NCBI RefSeq assembly: GCF_049243625.1
Contig: NZ_CP046975.1
Direction: 5' to 3' (one strand)
DNA from: Corynebacterium amycolatum
Lineage (GTDB): Bacteria; Actinomycetota; Actinomycetes; Mycobacteriales; Mycobacteriaceae
Length of the DNA stretch: 32,000 bases
Below the pieces are notes generated by a model that was not told the DNA's origin, did not search any database, and was given only the letters and a program-made list of their open reading frames with translations. The position numbers were made by a program, and so were the translations under genes. Positions 1 to 10,187 of this stretch are shown one piece after another; within the stretch, counting starts at the first letter, position 1, and each line of letters opens with the position of its first letter.

Positions 1-1
1 C

Positions 2-1612
2 CTTACTGAATCGGGATTCGGCTACTCCTCCGTCCGACACGAATCGGCTGCTGTCGGGGCCGCCGATGCCTTCCACCGCGCAGGCGGAGGGCTTGCTATC
101 GCGACCGCCACTTGTGGCGCAGGATTCACCAATGCGCTAACCACTCTGGCGGAGGCTCGCGTAGCCCGTATCCCGCTTATTTTTGTCGTCGGCACGCACC
201 CGGAACGCCCCCGCCCCTTTGACCTCAATCAGGCGGCGCTCCTCGACGCCCTCGACGTCTGCCATCGCACTGTTACTCCCGAGTCCGCGCTTGACGACGC
301 AAACTTTGCAGTCCAGCACGCACTGAGCTCTCGGCAGCCTGTCGTGCTGCTGCTCCCCTATGACCTCCAAGAAGCACAGATAACGACATCTGCGTCTGAA
401 ACACAGTCAGCTAACCAGGAGCATCTACACACCAGCAGACCAGAATGGTTAGAGTCAACTGTCACGTCGCTGGCAGAGGAACTGCAGGCTGCCCGTCGCC
501 CTCTCATTATTGCTGGTAGAGGTGTGCTACTCTCCGATACCGCCGAGCTAGTCCGCCGCATCGGGGACAGTGTAGGGGCACTGTTTATGCACTCAGCGAT
601 GGCTCGTCATGTGCTTTCCAGCCCGTGGCAGATCGGCACCGTGGGCGGTTTTGCGCATACGTGGCAGGTAGAACTAGCTCGACAGGCCGATATGGTGCTG
701 TTCCTGGGAGCAAGCTTCAACGCTTTCCAAAACCGTGGCGGCAACATGTTTGCACCGGACGCGAAAATTATCCAGGTTGTAGACGAGCCCCATCCCGCCG
801 CTCAGCCATCGGTGACACCGCTATTGGCTAAGTTGGAGGAACTTCTGCCCGTCCTGGCAGAGCAGCTGGAGAAGCCCCTGGAATCTCGGGCGCAGACAGC
901 CAAAGATAGCGCAATGGGTGAGACGCTGGGATCGTCGTCAAGCACATGGCGTGCGGAGTTGAAGGCACTGCCGACGACAGCGCAGGTCGAGTCGCTGACG
1001 TGCGCGGATGGCCGGTTGGATCCGCGGGCGTGCCTGCAGTATCTAAATCGTATCCTGCCCAATGAGCGCGCTGTGTGTAGTGACGGTGGCCATTTCCTGG
1101 GATGGGTTCCGAAGTATCTCGATGTACCTGGTCCGCAGCAGCAAGTGATTGTGGGCACGGCGATTCAGTCAATTGGTTTGGGCATGGGCTCGCTTGTCGG
1201 CCTCGCGGCGGCACGGCCCGAGGACTATTGCGTGCTAGTCGCCGGTGACGGTGGCGGCACGATGGGTATTGCGGATTTACCTGCGGCGATCGAGCAGCTG
1301 CGGTGTGGTCGTGGCGGTTGTGTGGTGTTCATTAACGATGCTGCCTACGGCGCGGAGCTGCACCAGTTTGGCGATGTCGGGTTGGACACCTCGTCCATGG
1401 AGATTGCCGACTACAACTTCGCCGCAGTCGGGTGCGCCTATGGCGCTCACGGTTTCAGTGTCGGCAAACCTGAAGACTTTGCCCAGCTCGACGCTTATTT
1501 CCATGACGTTTCCAACTCCGATGAGGCTTCCGTTGCCGTAATTGATTTCAAGGTCTCACGGCTGGTGGTTGCGGACTTCGTGAAGGAAGTTCTGGCTAAG
1601 GCACAAAGGTAG
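2..1612 (+). CDS. Thiamine-diphosphate-dependent enzyme, acetolactate-synthase-large-subunit-like (5' end cut by window edge)
   Basis: Frame 2 is open from base 2 and reads LTESGFGYSSVRHESAAVGAADAF...ATCGAGFTNALTTLAEARVARIPLIFVVG, an N-terminal Pyr domain. It runs into the 344..1612 ORF, so Met344 is internal. The C-terminal ThDP/Mg motif is GDGGGTMGIADLPAAIEQLRCGRGGCVVFINDAAYG. Confidence 0.8.
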   Translation, partial: LTESGFGYSSVRHESAAVGAADAFHRAGGGLAIATATCGAGFTNALTTLAEARVARIPLIFVVGTHPERPRPFDLNQAALLDALDVCHRTVTPESALDDANFAVQHALSSRQPVVLLLPYDLQEAQITTSASETQSANQEHLHTSRPEWLESTVTSLAEELQAARRPLIIAGRGVLLSDTAELVRRIGDSVGALFMHSAMARHVLSSPWQIGTVGGFAHTWQVELARQADMVLFLGASFNAFQNRGGNMFAPDAKIIQVVDEPHPAAQPSVTPLLAKLEELLPVLAEQLEKPLESRAQTAKDSAMGETLGSSSSTWRAELKALPTTAQVESLTCADGRLDPRACLQYLNRILPNERAVCSDGGHFLGWVPKYLDVPGPQQQVIVGTAIQSIGLGMGSLVGLAAARPEDYCVLVAGDGGGTMGIADLPAAIEQLRCGRGGCVVFINDAAYGAELHQFGDVGLDTSSMEIADYNFAAVGCAYGAHGFSVGKPEDFAQLDAYFHDVSNSDEASVAVIDFKVSRLVVADFVKEVLAKAQR

Positions 1613-1674
1613 TTTGCCGCGAGCATGATCGGGTCACCTAGCCCCCCGGTGCGACCCCACTTCAGGCCGGTTAG

Positions 1675-3117
1675 TTGATGGGGTCTACAATGTGGCGAGT
1701 GGTAAAGCAGCGTAACGGTAAAGATCAGATTTCATCAACAGATCAGCCCTCCACCGCGGTGGCAAAGGACCCGCGCGAGCACGTCACTGGCCGCGCGATT
1801 GCCGTCTGGCTGGCGGCGCTGATTACCTACATCGTTGCCATCGTCGGCCGCACCTCCATGGGTGTCGCTGGCGTCGAGGCGCTCGATCGCTTCCATATCA
1901 ACGCCTCCCAACTCGCGCTGTTCACCGCCGTGCAGGTTGGTGTCTACGCCCTGGCGCAGATTCCGACGGGCATCATCATTGACCGCGTCGGCGCCAAGAA
2001 AACCATGGTCGTGGGCGCACTGATCATGGCGCTGGGCCAGGTCATCATCGCGTTTACGACATCGTATCCGCTGGCTGTCATCGCTCGTGTATTCATCGGC
2101 GCCGGCGATGCCACCGCATTCCTCGGTGCTATGCGCCTGCTTCCCGCATGGTTCCCGCTGCGCGTCACTCCGCTGTTCACACAGCTCACGGCTGGTCTTG
2201 GCCAGCTCGGTCAGTTCATCTCTGCTGTCCCATTCCTCGCGATTCTGCACGCCGCAGGGTGGGTACCCGCGTTCCTGTCGCTGAGCACCGCAGGTCTTCT
2301 CATCGCCATCGTAGGCATGATCGCGCTTGCCGACGTCCCGGAGAACTCCTCCACAGCGAGGATGTCACTTCGTGAACGCCGCGCCGCCAAAAAGTCCGCG
2401 AAGACGGCTGCTGATGGCGGAGCCTCTGCCACAGCCGATGAGAAGCTGACAATCGGACAGACGCTGAAGACTGTGACCACTCACCCGGTGTGCTGGCAGG
2501 GTTTCTTCACGCACTGGACTGGTTTGATGCATCAGTGCATCTTCACATTGCTGTGGGGCATGCCTCTGATGATGCTGGGTATGGGGCTTAAGCCCTCCGA
2601 GGCCAGTGTCGTGCTGGTCATTAACACGCTGTCAGTAATTATCGCCGGGCCGTTGATGGGCATGGTATCGGCACGCACCGGCCGCGACCGCATCAAGGTT
2701 GTTGTCGCAATCGCGTTTATCAACATGGCCGTCTGGATTGTGTTCCTGGCACCGAGCACCCCACCAGCGTACTGGGCAATTATCGTGGTCAACATCCTCA
2801 TGGCCGGTCTTGGTGCGATGTCCAACTTCGGCTTCGACTCAGTGCGCGAAGAGGTCGATCGCAAGGTACTCGCCACCGGCACTGGGCTGGCGAATATGGG
2901 CGGTTTTGTGGCCACCATGCTCGCCGCACAAGGTGTCGGCTTCCTGCTGGATATTGCAGCTCCCGATGGAAACTACACCTGGGAAACCTTCCGCATTGGC
3001 TGGTTGGCTGTCGTCGGTGTGTGGGCGATTGGTTTCGTTGGCCTGCTGGTCGCAAAGCGTGCGGCGGCACGCTTTGTCGCCCAGCAGAGCCGTTTTGAGC
3101 TGGAACCTACGGAGTAG
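1675..3117 (+). CDS. MFS transporter
   Basis: 480-aa ORF with about 12 hydrophobic segments and the MFS loop signature GIIIDRVGAKK. The choice between TTG 1675 and ATG 1678 as start is unresolved. Confidence 0.8.
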   Translation: MMGSTMWRVVKQRNGKDQISSTDQPSTAVAKDPREHVTGRAIAVWLAALITYIVAIVGRTSMGVAGVEALDRFHINASQLALFTAVQVGVYALAQIPTGIIIDRVGAKKTMVVGALIMALGQVIIAFTTSYPLAVIARVFIGAGDATAFLGAMRLLPAWFPLRVTPLFTQLTAGLGQLGQFISAVPFLAILHAAGWVPAFLSLSTAGLLIAIVGMIALADVPENSSTARMSLRERRAAKKSAKTAADGGASATADEKLTIGQTLKTVTTHPVCWQGFFTHWTGLMHQCIFTLLWGMPLMMLGMGLKPSEASVVLVINTLSVIIAGPLMGMVSARTGRDRIKVVVAIAFINMAVWIVFLAPSTPPAYWAIIVVNILMAGLGAMSNFGFDSVREEVDRKVLATGTGLANMGGFVATMLAAQGVGFLLDIAAPDGNYTWETFRIGWLAVVGVWAIGFVGLLVAKRAAARFVAQQSRFELEPTE

Positions 3118-3146
3118 GAACTACAGGAAGCCGAGAGACAGATTGG

Positions 3147-5369
3147 TTAGAACAGCGAAAGCTGCTCTGGCCCTTCCAGCCCCTCCGAGTCGTCCGAGTC
3201 CTCCGAGTCGTCCGCTTGCTCAGAGGTGTCTGCGTGGCCGCTATCCGCCGTGCGTTCGCTGCCATCGGTCTGAGCACCATGGGAAACGCGCTCACCGGTG
3301 TCAGTTTCGGGGGCTGCGTTCTCCGGGGCGTCGTCAAGCGAAGGCGTTGGTTCTACGGCCTCACGCTCATACATTTCCTGCAACTTCTCGGTCTTAGTAA
3401 TGCGGACTAGCTCGGCGTAGATGACCAGCTTCATAGAACTATTGACCAGTGGCCCCAGCTGGGAAAACAGGACATCAACGTCACCGTCAACCGCGAGGCA
3501 TGCGCGACGCAGGCTCTCCTCGGAAATAATCCAGCGGGAGGTTTCCGCGCAGGTTTCGCGGTCACCGATGAAGTCCAGCGCGAGGGCAACCTGATTACTG
3601 GCGACGCCATCCAGTGTGGCAGCCAGACGCTCGTTAGGCGCTGCATCCTTGAACAGGCGGGCAATCTGGACTGCCTCCGCCGTCGGCACCTGGCCAGCGG
3701 CATACTCAGCGATAAGTTCAGCGATACGCTGAGCTCCGACATGCTGATCAGTCAGCCAAATGTCGTGCAAGGCATACATGATGGCCATGGCCTGCCACGA
3801 GGCGTGCCCATGGTAGAGAATGCCCAAGATGCCGGCCTGCTCCAGCAGCCAACCGACCATCGCGTCCCCATCAGCGCCGTTGCGAGCGCAGAGGTTGTCG
3901 ACATTCCAAGCCATATGCCCTTCGACGCAGCAGCCATAGAACTTCTGGTCTTCCTCCAGCTGCGCGGCCAGCGACACTACTTCACGTGCGGCAAACGGGT
4001 AGCCGTAAGCAAGGGTGGCATGCGACAAATCATCGACACCCACCGTCACCCACGGAAACTCACCGTGCCACGGACCGCGACCAACGAGGAAGCCCGCCAC
4101 GAGATACGCCCAACGGGTCGAGGCATCGGCGTTGTACCAGTACTGCAGTGCACGCGGAGTCGGATGCCCGCTGTCAGCGTGAATTAGTCCCGCGTTGACC
4201 AGCATCTCCACAATCCAGGGCGCCGCGAAACCGCTCGCGCCTATTGATGCTGCAAAGTCCTGAATCCACAGCAGGCTCGATTCCTCATACATGTGCAACG
4301 GGTCCTTCAGGCGCCCGTCGCCGCTGCCCGCAGCATCCATAAACGCCGAAGCAAACGCCACCGCAGCCACAGAAGCTTCGGTCAACTCCTTTGACTCCAG
4401 CGTTGCCGGGAAAGACTCCGTCGGATGCGGCTTACGAATCGACCACATGTCGCCCTTGAGCGCCAACGCTACTGCGCCCACCAGACGGGCAACCTCTGTC
4501 GGCCCGTTGTGTGCTTCCGCCTCTTGCTCGAATACCGGCATCGCCGGTTCTTCAACCACAGTCAGCAGCAGACGCTCTTCGGCCCATCGCACCGCGTCGG
4601 CACGCAGTTCGGACCACATGTAGGAGGGCAAGTATTTCTCGTCGGTTGCCATCCAACGCAGCTCATTGCGAATATCCACCGGCGCTGTCATCACCAGCGC
4701 CCGCACCTTCACCGGATCGCAGAGGAAGCCTGCAACTTGCTCCACCTGGCGAGCCTGCAAATTGCGCACCGTCAAATCGCTGGCGTTCAGAGCTCGCGGT
4801 GCGCCCTCTCCGCGCGCGCTATCCGGCTCCAGCCCCATGCGCTCCATACGACGACTCAGCACATCCGCTGGCATATTCGCCACCAAGTCGGCGACGCGGA
4901 AGTTGAGGCTCGGTTCCGCCGGGAACACCTCCGAAATATGTGGCGGCACATGCCACACGCCCGCCGGTTCCTCCCACACGAGCCCCTGGCGCTGGCCACG
5001 GCGTAGCACATGCTCAAGCTGTTGCTTGCCGACGCGACGACGTTTGCGGTCAACACCCTTCGGCGTATCGTGTGCCATCACGTCCGCATCCGATGCCCAA
5101 TAGGCCACTTCTGCGAGGGTATCCAGCGATGCGGAATCCTCCAGAATATGAACTAAGTGAGCCACATCGAGAACATCGGGATCACAAAAAGACAGCGCCG
5201 TATGCGCTGAATCCTGTGACATCAGCAATTCCACCGCCTCTTGTCCAGCAGCTGAGGTGTCAGCTGCTGGACACGTGCGGCTCAATAAAAAACGCAGGTC
5301 AGTGCCATCGAGGTTGAGAATGAAATCCTCATACCTAGGGCGTACCGAGTAATCGACGTTGCGTTCCAT
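3147..5369 (-). CDS. Uncharacterised 740-aa soluble protein with acidic C-terminal tail
   Basis: Long uninterrupted ORF co-directional with and 98 nt downstream of glnE. It has no TM segments and I recognise no catalytic motif. The C-terminus is ...SEQADDSEDSDDSEGLEGPEQLSLF. Confidence 0.6.
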   Translation of the reverse strand: MERNVDYSVRPRYEDFILNLDGTDLRFLLSRTCPAADTSAAGQEAVELLMSQDSAHTALSFCDPDVLDVAHLVHILEDSASLDTLAEVAYWASDADVMAHDTPKGVDRKRRRVGKQQLEHVLRRGQRQGLVWEEPAGVWHVPPHISEVFPAEPSLNFRVADLVANMPADVLSRRMERMGLEPDSARGEGAPRALNASDLTVRNLQARQVEQVAGFLCDPVKVRALVMTAPVDIRNELRWMATDEKYLPSYMWSELRADAVRWAEERLLLTVVEEPAMPVFEQEAEAHNGPTEVARLVGAVALALKGDMWSIRKPHPTESFPATLESKELTEASVAAVAFASAFMDAAGSGDGRLKDPLHMYEESSLLWIQDFAASIGASGFAAPWIVEMLVNAGLIHADSGHPTPRALQYWYNADASTRWAYLVAGFLVGRGPWHGEFPWVTVGVDDLSHATLAYGYPFAAREVVSLAAQLEEDQKFYGCCVEGHMAWNVDNLCARNGADGDAMVGWLLEQAGILGILYHGHASWQAMAIMYALHDIWLTDQHVGAQRIAELIAEYAAGQVPTAEAVQIARLFKDAAPNERLAATLDGVASNQVALALDFIGDRETCAETSRWIISEESLRRACLAVDGDVDVLFSQLGPLVNSSMKLVIYAELVRITKTEKLQEMYEREAVEPTPSLDDAPENAAPETDTGERVSHGAQTDGSERTADSGHADTSEQADDSEDSDDSEGLEGPEQLSLF

Positions 5370-5467
5370 AGCCCACCATTATGCCCGGTCGCCGTGCTAA
5401 GACAAAGGCTGCACCCCGCTGCCGCATAATGAGCCTCGCAGCAAGGTTCGGCAGACCTCTGCCCGGG

Positions 5468-8400
5468 CTACTCGTGGTCGGGGTTCTCCTCACCCCAAAA
5501 CACGCGATTGACGACACGGCTGGAGTGGCGAGTCAGACGCAAATAGTGCTCAATAAAACCGTTGGAATCCGATGCATCCCATCCTGCAGCACCTGCGACC
5601 TGAGTCAGCTGACGCCCCGGCTGTGGCAGCTGGTCCGTGCGCTTACCACGCGTGAGCACCAGCGCATTACGAGCATTCGTCGCCATCAGCCAGGCATCCC
5701 GAAGTGCGTCGGTATCCTCCGCATCTAGAATCTCGCGATTTTTCAGCACTTCCAGACACTCCAGCGTCGAAGTGTTGTGCAACTCCGGCACTTCATGGGC
5801 ATGCAGCATGATTAGCAGCTGCACAGTCCATTCAATATCGGTCAGTGCGCCGGAACCGAGTTTGGTGTGGGTACGCCGATCAGCGCCGCGCGGCAGTCGC
5901 TCCGAATCAACACGCGCCTTCATACGACGGACATCGCGGACCATCTTGGCATCAGCTCCGCCCTGTGGGTACCTCAGCGAATCGATGGCCTTGAGGAAGC
6001 GGGTGCCGAGGTCTTTATCGCCGGCAATCCAGGTAGCACGTAGCAGTGCCTGAATCTCCCAGGTTTCACCCCAGCGCTCGTAGTAGGTCACATAGGAATC
6101 CAGGGTCCTGACAATCGGGCCCGAGCGTCCTTCTGGACGCAGGTCCACATCGACCTCCAGTGGCGGGTCCTGGCTTGGCTTTGCCAGTCGACGACGCAAC
6201 GAGTCACAAATCCTGGTTGCCCACTTGACTACCTCGGAATCGTCGACAAGCGGCGTTCCTTCGGTGTCCTTGCGAGGTTCACAGATAAACATCACGTCGG
6301 CATCGGAGCCGTAGCCCAGTTCAGCACCGCCAAGTCGCCCCATACCAATCACGGAGATAACGCCCGGAACCTCCGAGTCAGGATGCTCCAGCGACCACGC
6401 ACGGATTTCGGCGGCGAGGGCAGCTTCGAGCACGTTGTCCCACACCATCGACAGAGAGTGACAGACCTCTTGCACATCCATCAGCCCGAAGAGATCCGCG
6501 GAGGCAATGCGCGCGAGCTCTGCACGGCGCAACGCACGTGCCACACCAATGGCCTTAGCTGGACTGTTGTGACGGGCAGCCGCTGCGACCAGCGCACGCC
6601 CGACTGCATCGGAGTCGGTATTCAGTAGCTTCGGCCCGGACGCACCGTCGCCGAACCGTTTAATTACGTCCGGCGCACTCATAATCAAATCAGACGCGTA
6701 GGGCGAAGAACCGAGCACGCGCATCAGCCGCTGACCGACGATGCCCTCATCGCGCAGCGTTCGCAGAAACCAGGTTTCGTCGTGGAGCTTCTCAGAGAGC
6801 TTGCGATAATTGAGCAGACCCGCGTCGGGATCTGGCGTCGAAGATAGCCACTCCATCAGCGTAGGTAGGAGCATCGCCTGAATACGCGATTTGCGCGAGG
6901 TGCCTGCCGCCAGCGCAGAAAGATGCTCGTAGGCGCGATCCGGGTACTGATAGCCCAGCGCGGCCAGCTGGCGCTTTGCCGCATCGGCCGATAGCTGCAG
7001 GGTTCCAATGTCCTGCTCCACCACGGAGTTCAGCAGTGGACGGTAGAAAAGCTTGTTGTGCAGGGAGCGGATCTGCGAGCTGGCCAGTCGAACCTGCTTG
7101 GCCAGCGGTTTGCTGGCATCGGTGCCGCCCTCACCGACGAGGCCAGAGGCTCGACCGAGCCACTGAAGAGCTTCGGTGTCGTCCTCGGCGGGCAACAAAT
7201 GCGTCCGTCGCATCTTCTGCAGCTGCAGGCGGTGCTCCAGCAGACGGATGAATTCGTAGGCGTTAATCAGCGCGGCACCGTCTTCGCGACCGATGTAGCC
7301 AGCCTCGACAAGTGCATCGAGTGCCATCACAGTTGGCAGCACGCGGAGGCTACCGTCATAGCGACCGTGGACCAACTGCAGCAGCTGCACCGCGAACTCG
7401 ACATCACGCAGACCACCGCGTCCAAGCTTGAGCTCTCGGTAGCGAAGCTCTTCGGGGACGTTTTGTACCACGCGGGCGCGCATGCGTTGAACGTCGTCGA
7501 CGAAAGAGTCTCGCTGAGAGGCGGTCCACACCATCGGGGCTAGAGCATCGATGTATTCGCGGCCCAGCTCGACATCGCCTGTCATCGGCCGCGCCTTCAA
7601 TAACGCTTGGAACTCCCAGGTTTCAGCCCAGCGCTTGTAGTAAGCGACGTGGGAATCCACGGTGCGTACGAGTGCACCCGACTTGCCCTCCGGGCGGAGA
7701 TTCGCGTCGACCTCAAAGAAGCAGTGGCAAGAAATCCGGATAAATTCGCTGGCTAGACGAGTAGCTCGGGCATCCGCCGGCTCTGCGACGAAAATGACAT
7801 CCACATCGGAGATGTAGTTCAGCTCTTCCGCACCACACTTACCCATGGCGATTACGGCCAGGCGTGTTGAGACCGGTGCGGAAGGAAAGACCTGTTGAAC
7901 AGCCACAGACAGTGCAGCCGTCAACGCTGCATCCGCCAAGTCACTGAGTGCCTCCGAGACCTGACGGAATGGGACTTGTGGCTGTCCAGGGCGGCGGGGA
8001 CCCCGTGGGTACGTACCAGCCAAGTCGTGGCACGCAATACGCATAATCAAGTCGCGGTAGGCGCACTGCATCGCAACTTCGGCCTCACGGCCGGTGAGCT
8101 TCGCACGGTACAAACCGGGGCCTTCAAGCGTGGCGGGCGCAACGACCGGCTTGCGGTACTCCGGTTCCTCCTGCTTTTCCAGACTGGCCTCATCAGTGAG
8201 TTCGATGACCTCGGGCACAGCCCCAACGCTGGAGAGCATCTCGCGGAACATGTCTGCCTCAGTGGGAAGCTCAGCTTGGAGCAGAATCCACTTTTCTGGG
8301 TGCGCAACCAGGTGATCGCCCAGTGCACTCGATCCCCCGAGCAGCGCAAACATACGCGTACGCAGCGGAACCTGCTCACGCATGGCCTCATCGAGGCCAG

Positions 8401-8650
8401 ACCAGGTGGCCCAGTTCTCCAGCTTTCCATCCTGCTCCAGCTCGTCGAGAGCGCCTTTGAGCCGCACTAGTGCCACGAGCGCCAGCTTGGGGTCGCTGGC
8501 TCCGGCAAGCCCCCACAACAGCTGTAGGGACTCCTCGTTGTACCACCCCAAATCTTCCAGGTCAGCGCGCGTCCGATCGTCGTTACGCAAGCCCAGCGCT
8601 GCGGGCCGCGGCACTGACTGGCGGGATGTGCGAGGTCGATTCATCACCAT
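5468..8650 (-). CDS. glnE: Bifunctional glutamine synthetase adenylyltransferase / adenylyl-removing enzyme
   Basis: 1060 aa with two tandem nucleotidyltransferase halves (…GKCGAEELNYISDVDVIFV… and …GRLGGAELGYGSDADVMFI…). It lies directly downstream of a GS gene, the typical GlnE architecture and length. Confidence 0.95.
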   Translation of the reverse strand: MVMNRPRTSRQSVPRPAALGLRNDDRTRADLEDLGWYNEESLQLLWGLAGASDPKLALVALVRLKGALDELEQDGKLENWATWSGLDEAMREQVPLRTRMFALLGGSSALGDHLVAHPEKWILLQAELPTEADMFREMLSSVGAVPEVIELTDEASLEKQEEPEYRKPVVAPATLEGPGLYRAKLTGREAEVAMQCAYRDLIMRIACHDLAGTYPRGPRRPGQPQVPFRQVSEALSDLADAALTAALSVAVQQVFPSAPVSTRLAVIAMGKCGAEELNYISDVDVIFVAEPADARATRLASEFIRISCHCFFEVDANLRPEGKSGALVRTVDSHVAYYKRWAETWEFQALLKARPMTGDVELGREYIDALAPMVWTASQRDSFVDDVQRMRARVVQNVPEELRYRELKLGRGGLRDVEFAVQLLQLVHGRYDGSLRVLPTVMALDALVEAGYIGREDGAALINAYEFIRLLEHRLQLQKMRRTHLLPAEDDTEALQWLGRASGLVGEGGTDASKPLAKQVRLASSQIRSLHNKLFYRPLLNSVVEQDIGTLQLSADAAKRQLAALGYQYPDRAYEHLSALAAGTSRKSRIQAMLLPTLMEWLSSTPDPDAGLLNYRKLSEKLHDETWFLRTLRDEGIVGQRLMRVLGSSPYASDLIMSAPDVIKRFGDGASGPKLLNTDSDAVGRALVAAAARHNSPAKAIGVARALRRAELARIASADLFGLMDVQEVCHSLSMVWDNVLEAALAAEIRAWSLEHPDSEVPGVISVIGMGRLGGAELGYGSDADVMFICEPRKDTEGTPLVDDSEVVKWATRICDSLRRRLAKPSQDPPLEVDVDLRPEGRSGPIVRTLDSYVTYYERWGETWEIQALLRATWIAGDKDLGTRFLKAIDSLRYPQGGADAKMVRDVRRMKARVDSERLPRGADRRTHTKLGSGALTDIEWTVQLLIMLHAHEVPELHNTSTLECLEVLKNREILDAEDTDALRDAWLMATNARNALVLTRGKRTDQLPQPGRQLTQVAGAAGWDASDSNGFIEHYLRLTRHSSRVVNRVFWGEENPDHE

Positions 8651-8706
8651 TGAAACTGGTCACCCAAAAACTAAAGACGAAAAAGGTAGGTAGCGGTTCG
8701 GGAAAA

Positions 8707-10047
8707 TTAGTAATCCAGGGTTGTGCGCAGCTCCCACTGCGTCACCTGACGCTGGAACTCGCGCCACTCGCGCCACTTATTGAGTAGGAAGAACTCGTAG
8801 ACATGGTCACCGAGAGCATCGGCCACCAAATCGGAGCGTTCCATCTCCTGCAGCGCCACCTCCAGGGACGTCGGCAAATCGCGGTAGCCCATCGCACGGC
8901 GTTCCCGCTTGGTCAGCTCCGAGATGTTGTCCTCTGCCTGCTCCGGCAGCTGGTAGCCCTCCTTAATTCCCTTCAAACCGGCGGCCAAAATTACCGAGTA
9001 CGCAAGATATGGGTTACATGCGGAGTCCAGGGAACGAATTTCCACCCGGCGCGAGTGCGCCTTGCCCGGCGAGTACATGGGAACACGCACAAGAGCCGAG
9101 CGGTTGGCCATGCCCCAGGTCGCAGACGTCGGAGCTTCATCACCAAAGACCGTGCGCTTGTAGGAGTTGACCCACTGATTGGTCACAGCGGAGATTTCGC
9201 TGGCATGAGTCAGAATGCCAGCAATGAAGCCCTTTGCGGTGTCGGAGAGCTGATTTTCATCATCCGGATCGTGGAATGCATTTGTGTCCCCTTCGAAGAG
9301 GGAAATATGCGTGTGCATGCCATTGCCCGGCAAGTCCTGAAAAGGTTTCGGCATGAATGTCGCCTGCACACCATTTTTCATTGCAATCTGCTTAATGATG
9401 TAGCGGAAAGACATCACGTTATCCGCCATAGTCAGCGGATCGGCGTAGCGCAGATCGATTTCCTGCTGGCCCGGCGCGTTTTCGTGATGGGAGAACTCCA
9501 CGGGGATTCCCATGTCTTCCAACACCGTGATCGCTTCTTGGCGAAAGCGGGGAGCGCGGTCGTAGACCGCCTGGTCAAAGTAACCGCCATTGTCCGTTGG
9601 CACCGGCGGCTTTCCGTCAGTAGCCAGGCTCTCTACTAGGAAAAACTCAATCTCCGGGTGGATGAACGCGTGGAAGCCCTCGTCGGCAAGCGCCTTAATT
9701 TGGCGGCGCAGCACCTGGCGTGGATCTGCCCACGACGGCTGACCATCGGGCATGACAATGTCGCAGAACATGCGCGCGGACGTGATTGTGTCTTCTTTGT
9801 GCAGGCGTGGCATGACCTGGAACGTCGAAGGATCCGGTTGCGCAATGGTGTCAGCCTCGGAGACGCGGGAAAAGCCCTCTACCGCGGAGCCATCGAAACC
9901 GATGCCCTCTTCGAAGGACCCCTCAAGCTCAGCCGGAGCGACGGCAACGGACTTCAGATACCCCAAAATATCAGTAAACCAGAGGCGGATATAGCGGATA
10001 TCTTGCTCTTCGATTGCGCGGAGGACGAATTCCTGCTGACTGTTCAT
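8707..10047 (-). CDS. glnA2: Glutamine synthetase, type I (GlnA2-type)
   Basis: Strong GS-I sequence (MNSQQEFVLRAIEEQDIRYIRLWFTDILGYLKSVAV…, …HENAPGQQEIDLRY…, …NGMHTHISLF…). I prefer Met at 10047, giving 446 aa, over the upstream ORF start at 10098. Confidence 0.93.
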   Translation of the reverse strand: MNSQQEFVLRAIEEQDIRYIRLWFTDILGYLKSVAVAPAELEGSFEEGIGFDGSAVEGFSRVSEADTIAQPDPSTFQVMPRLHKEDTITSARMFCDIVMPDGQPSWADPRQVLRRQIKALADEGFHAFIHPEIEFFLVESLATDGKPPVPTDNGGYFDQAVYDRAPRFRQEAITVLEDMGIPVEFSHHENAPGQQEIDLRYADPLTMADNVMSFRYIIKQIAMKNGVQATFMPKPFQDLPGNGMHTHISLFEGDTNAFHDPDDENQLSDTAKGFIAGILTHASEISAVTNQWVNSYKRTVFGDEAPTSATWGMANRSALVRVPMYSPGKAHSRRVEIRSLDSACNPYLAYSVILAAGLKGIKEGYQLPEQAEDNISELTKRERRAMGYRDLPTSLEVALQEMERSDLVADALGDHVYEFFLLNKWREWREFQRQVTQWELRTTLDY

Positions 10048-10187
10048 ACTTTCCAACGTTACCCAGGTGCCCGGATTCGCGGTACGCATTTTGACCATTC
10101 GGCGTGGCTAGCCAACTGCCCCACCCGCGTCATAACTGCTGCCCTCGTGGTCTCGGATTGCGTGTGACTATGGCATGCTCTATTGGC

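Noticed and set aside
344-1612. Met344 as the start of the ThDP enzyme
   Set aside because: The same frame is open back to base 2 and encodes a recognisable ThDP Pyr domain, so the gene starts upstream of the window.
2699-3397. 232-aa + strand ORF bridging the MFS 3' end and the 740-aa gene's 3' end
   Set aside because: It is out of frame with the MFS gene and antisense to the 740-aa gene. The product is a Pro/Arg/Ser-rich low-complexity sequence.
5377-5431. 8-bp inverted repeat cattatgc / gcataatg in the glnE to 740-aa-gene spacer
   Set aside because: The arms do not extend beyond 8 bp, the loop is 39 nt and there is no U-tract. This is too weak to call a terminator or operator.
8803-9639. 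278-aa + strand ORF; similar antisense ORFs occur at 11226-12026, 15271-16056, 15383-16066, 7058-7543 and 4425-5006
   Set aside because: All lie inside confidently assigned genes on the opposite strand or in another frame (glnA2, CYTH-CHAD, the phosphatase and zinc-ribbon genes, glnE, the 740-aa gene). They are GC-skewed third-position artefacts.
10048-10098. Upstream ATG (10098) as the glnA2 start
   Set aside because: The MNSQQEFVLRAIEE… start at 10047 gives the canonical 446-aa GlnA2 N-terminus. The 17 extra residues are not GS-like.
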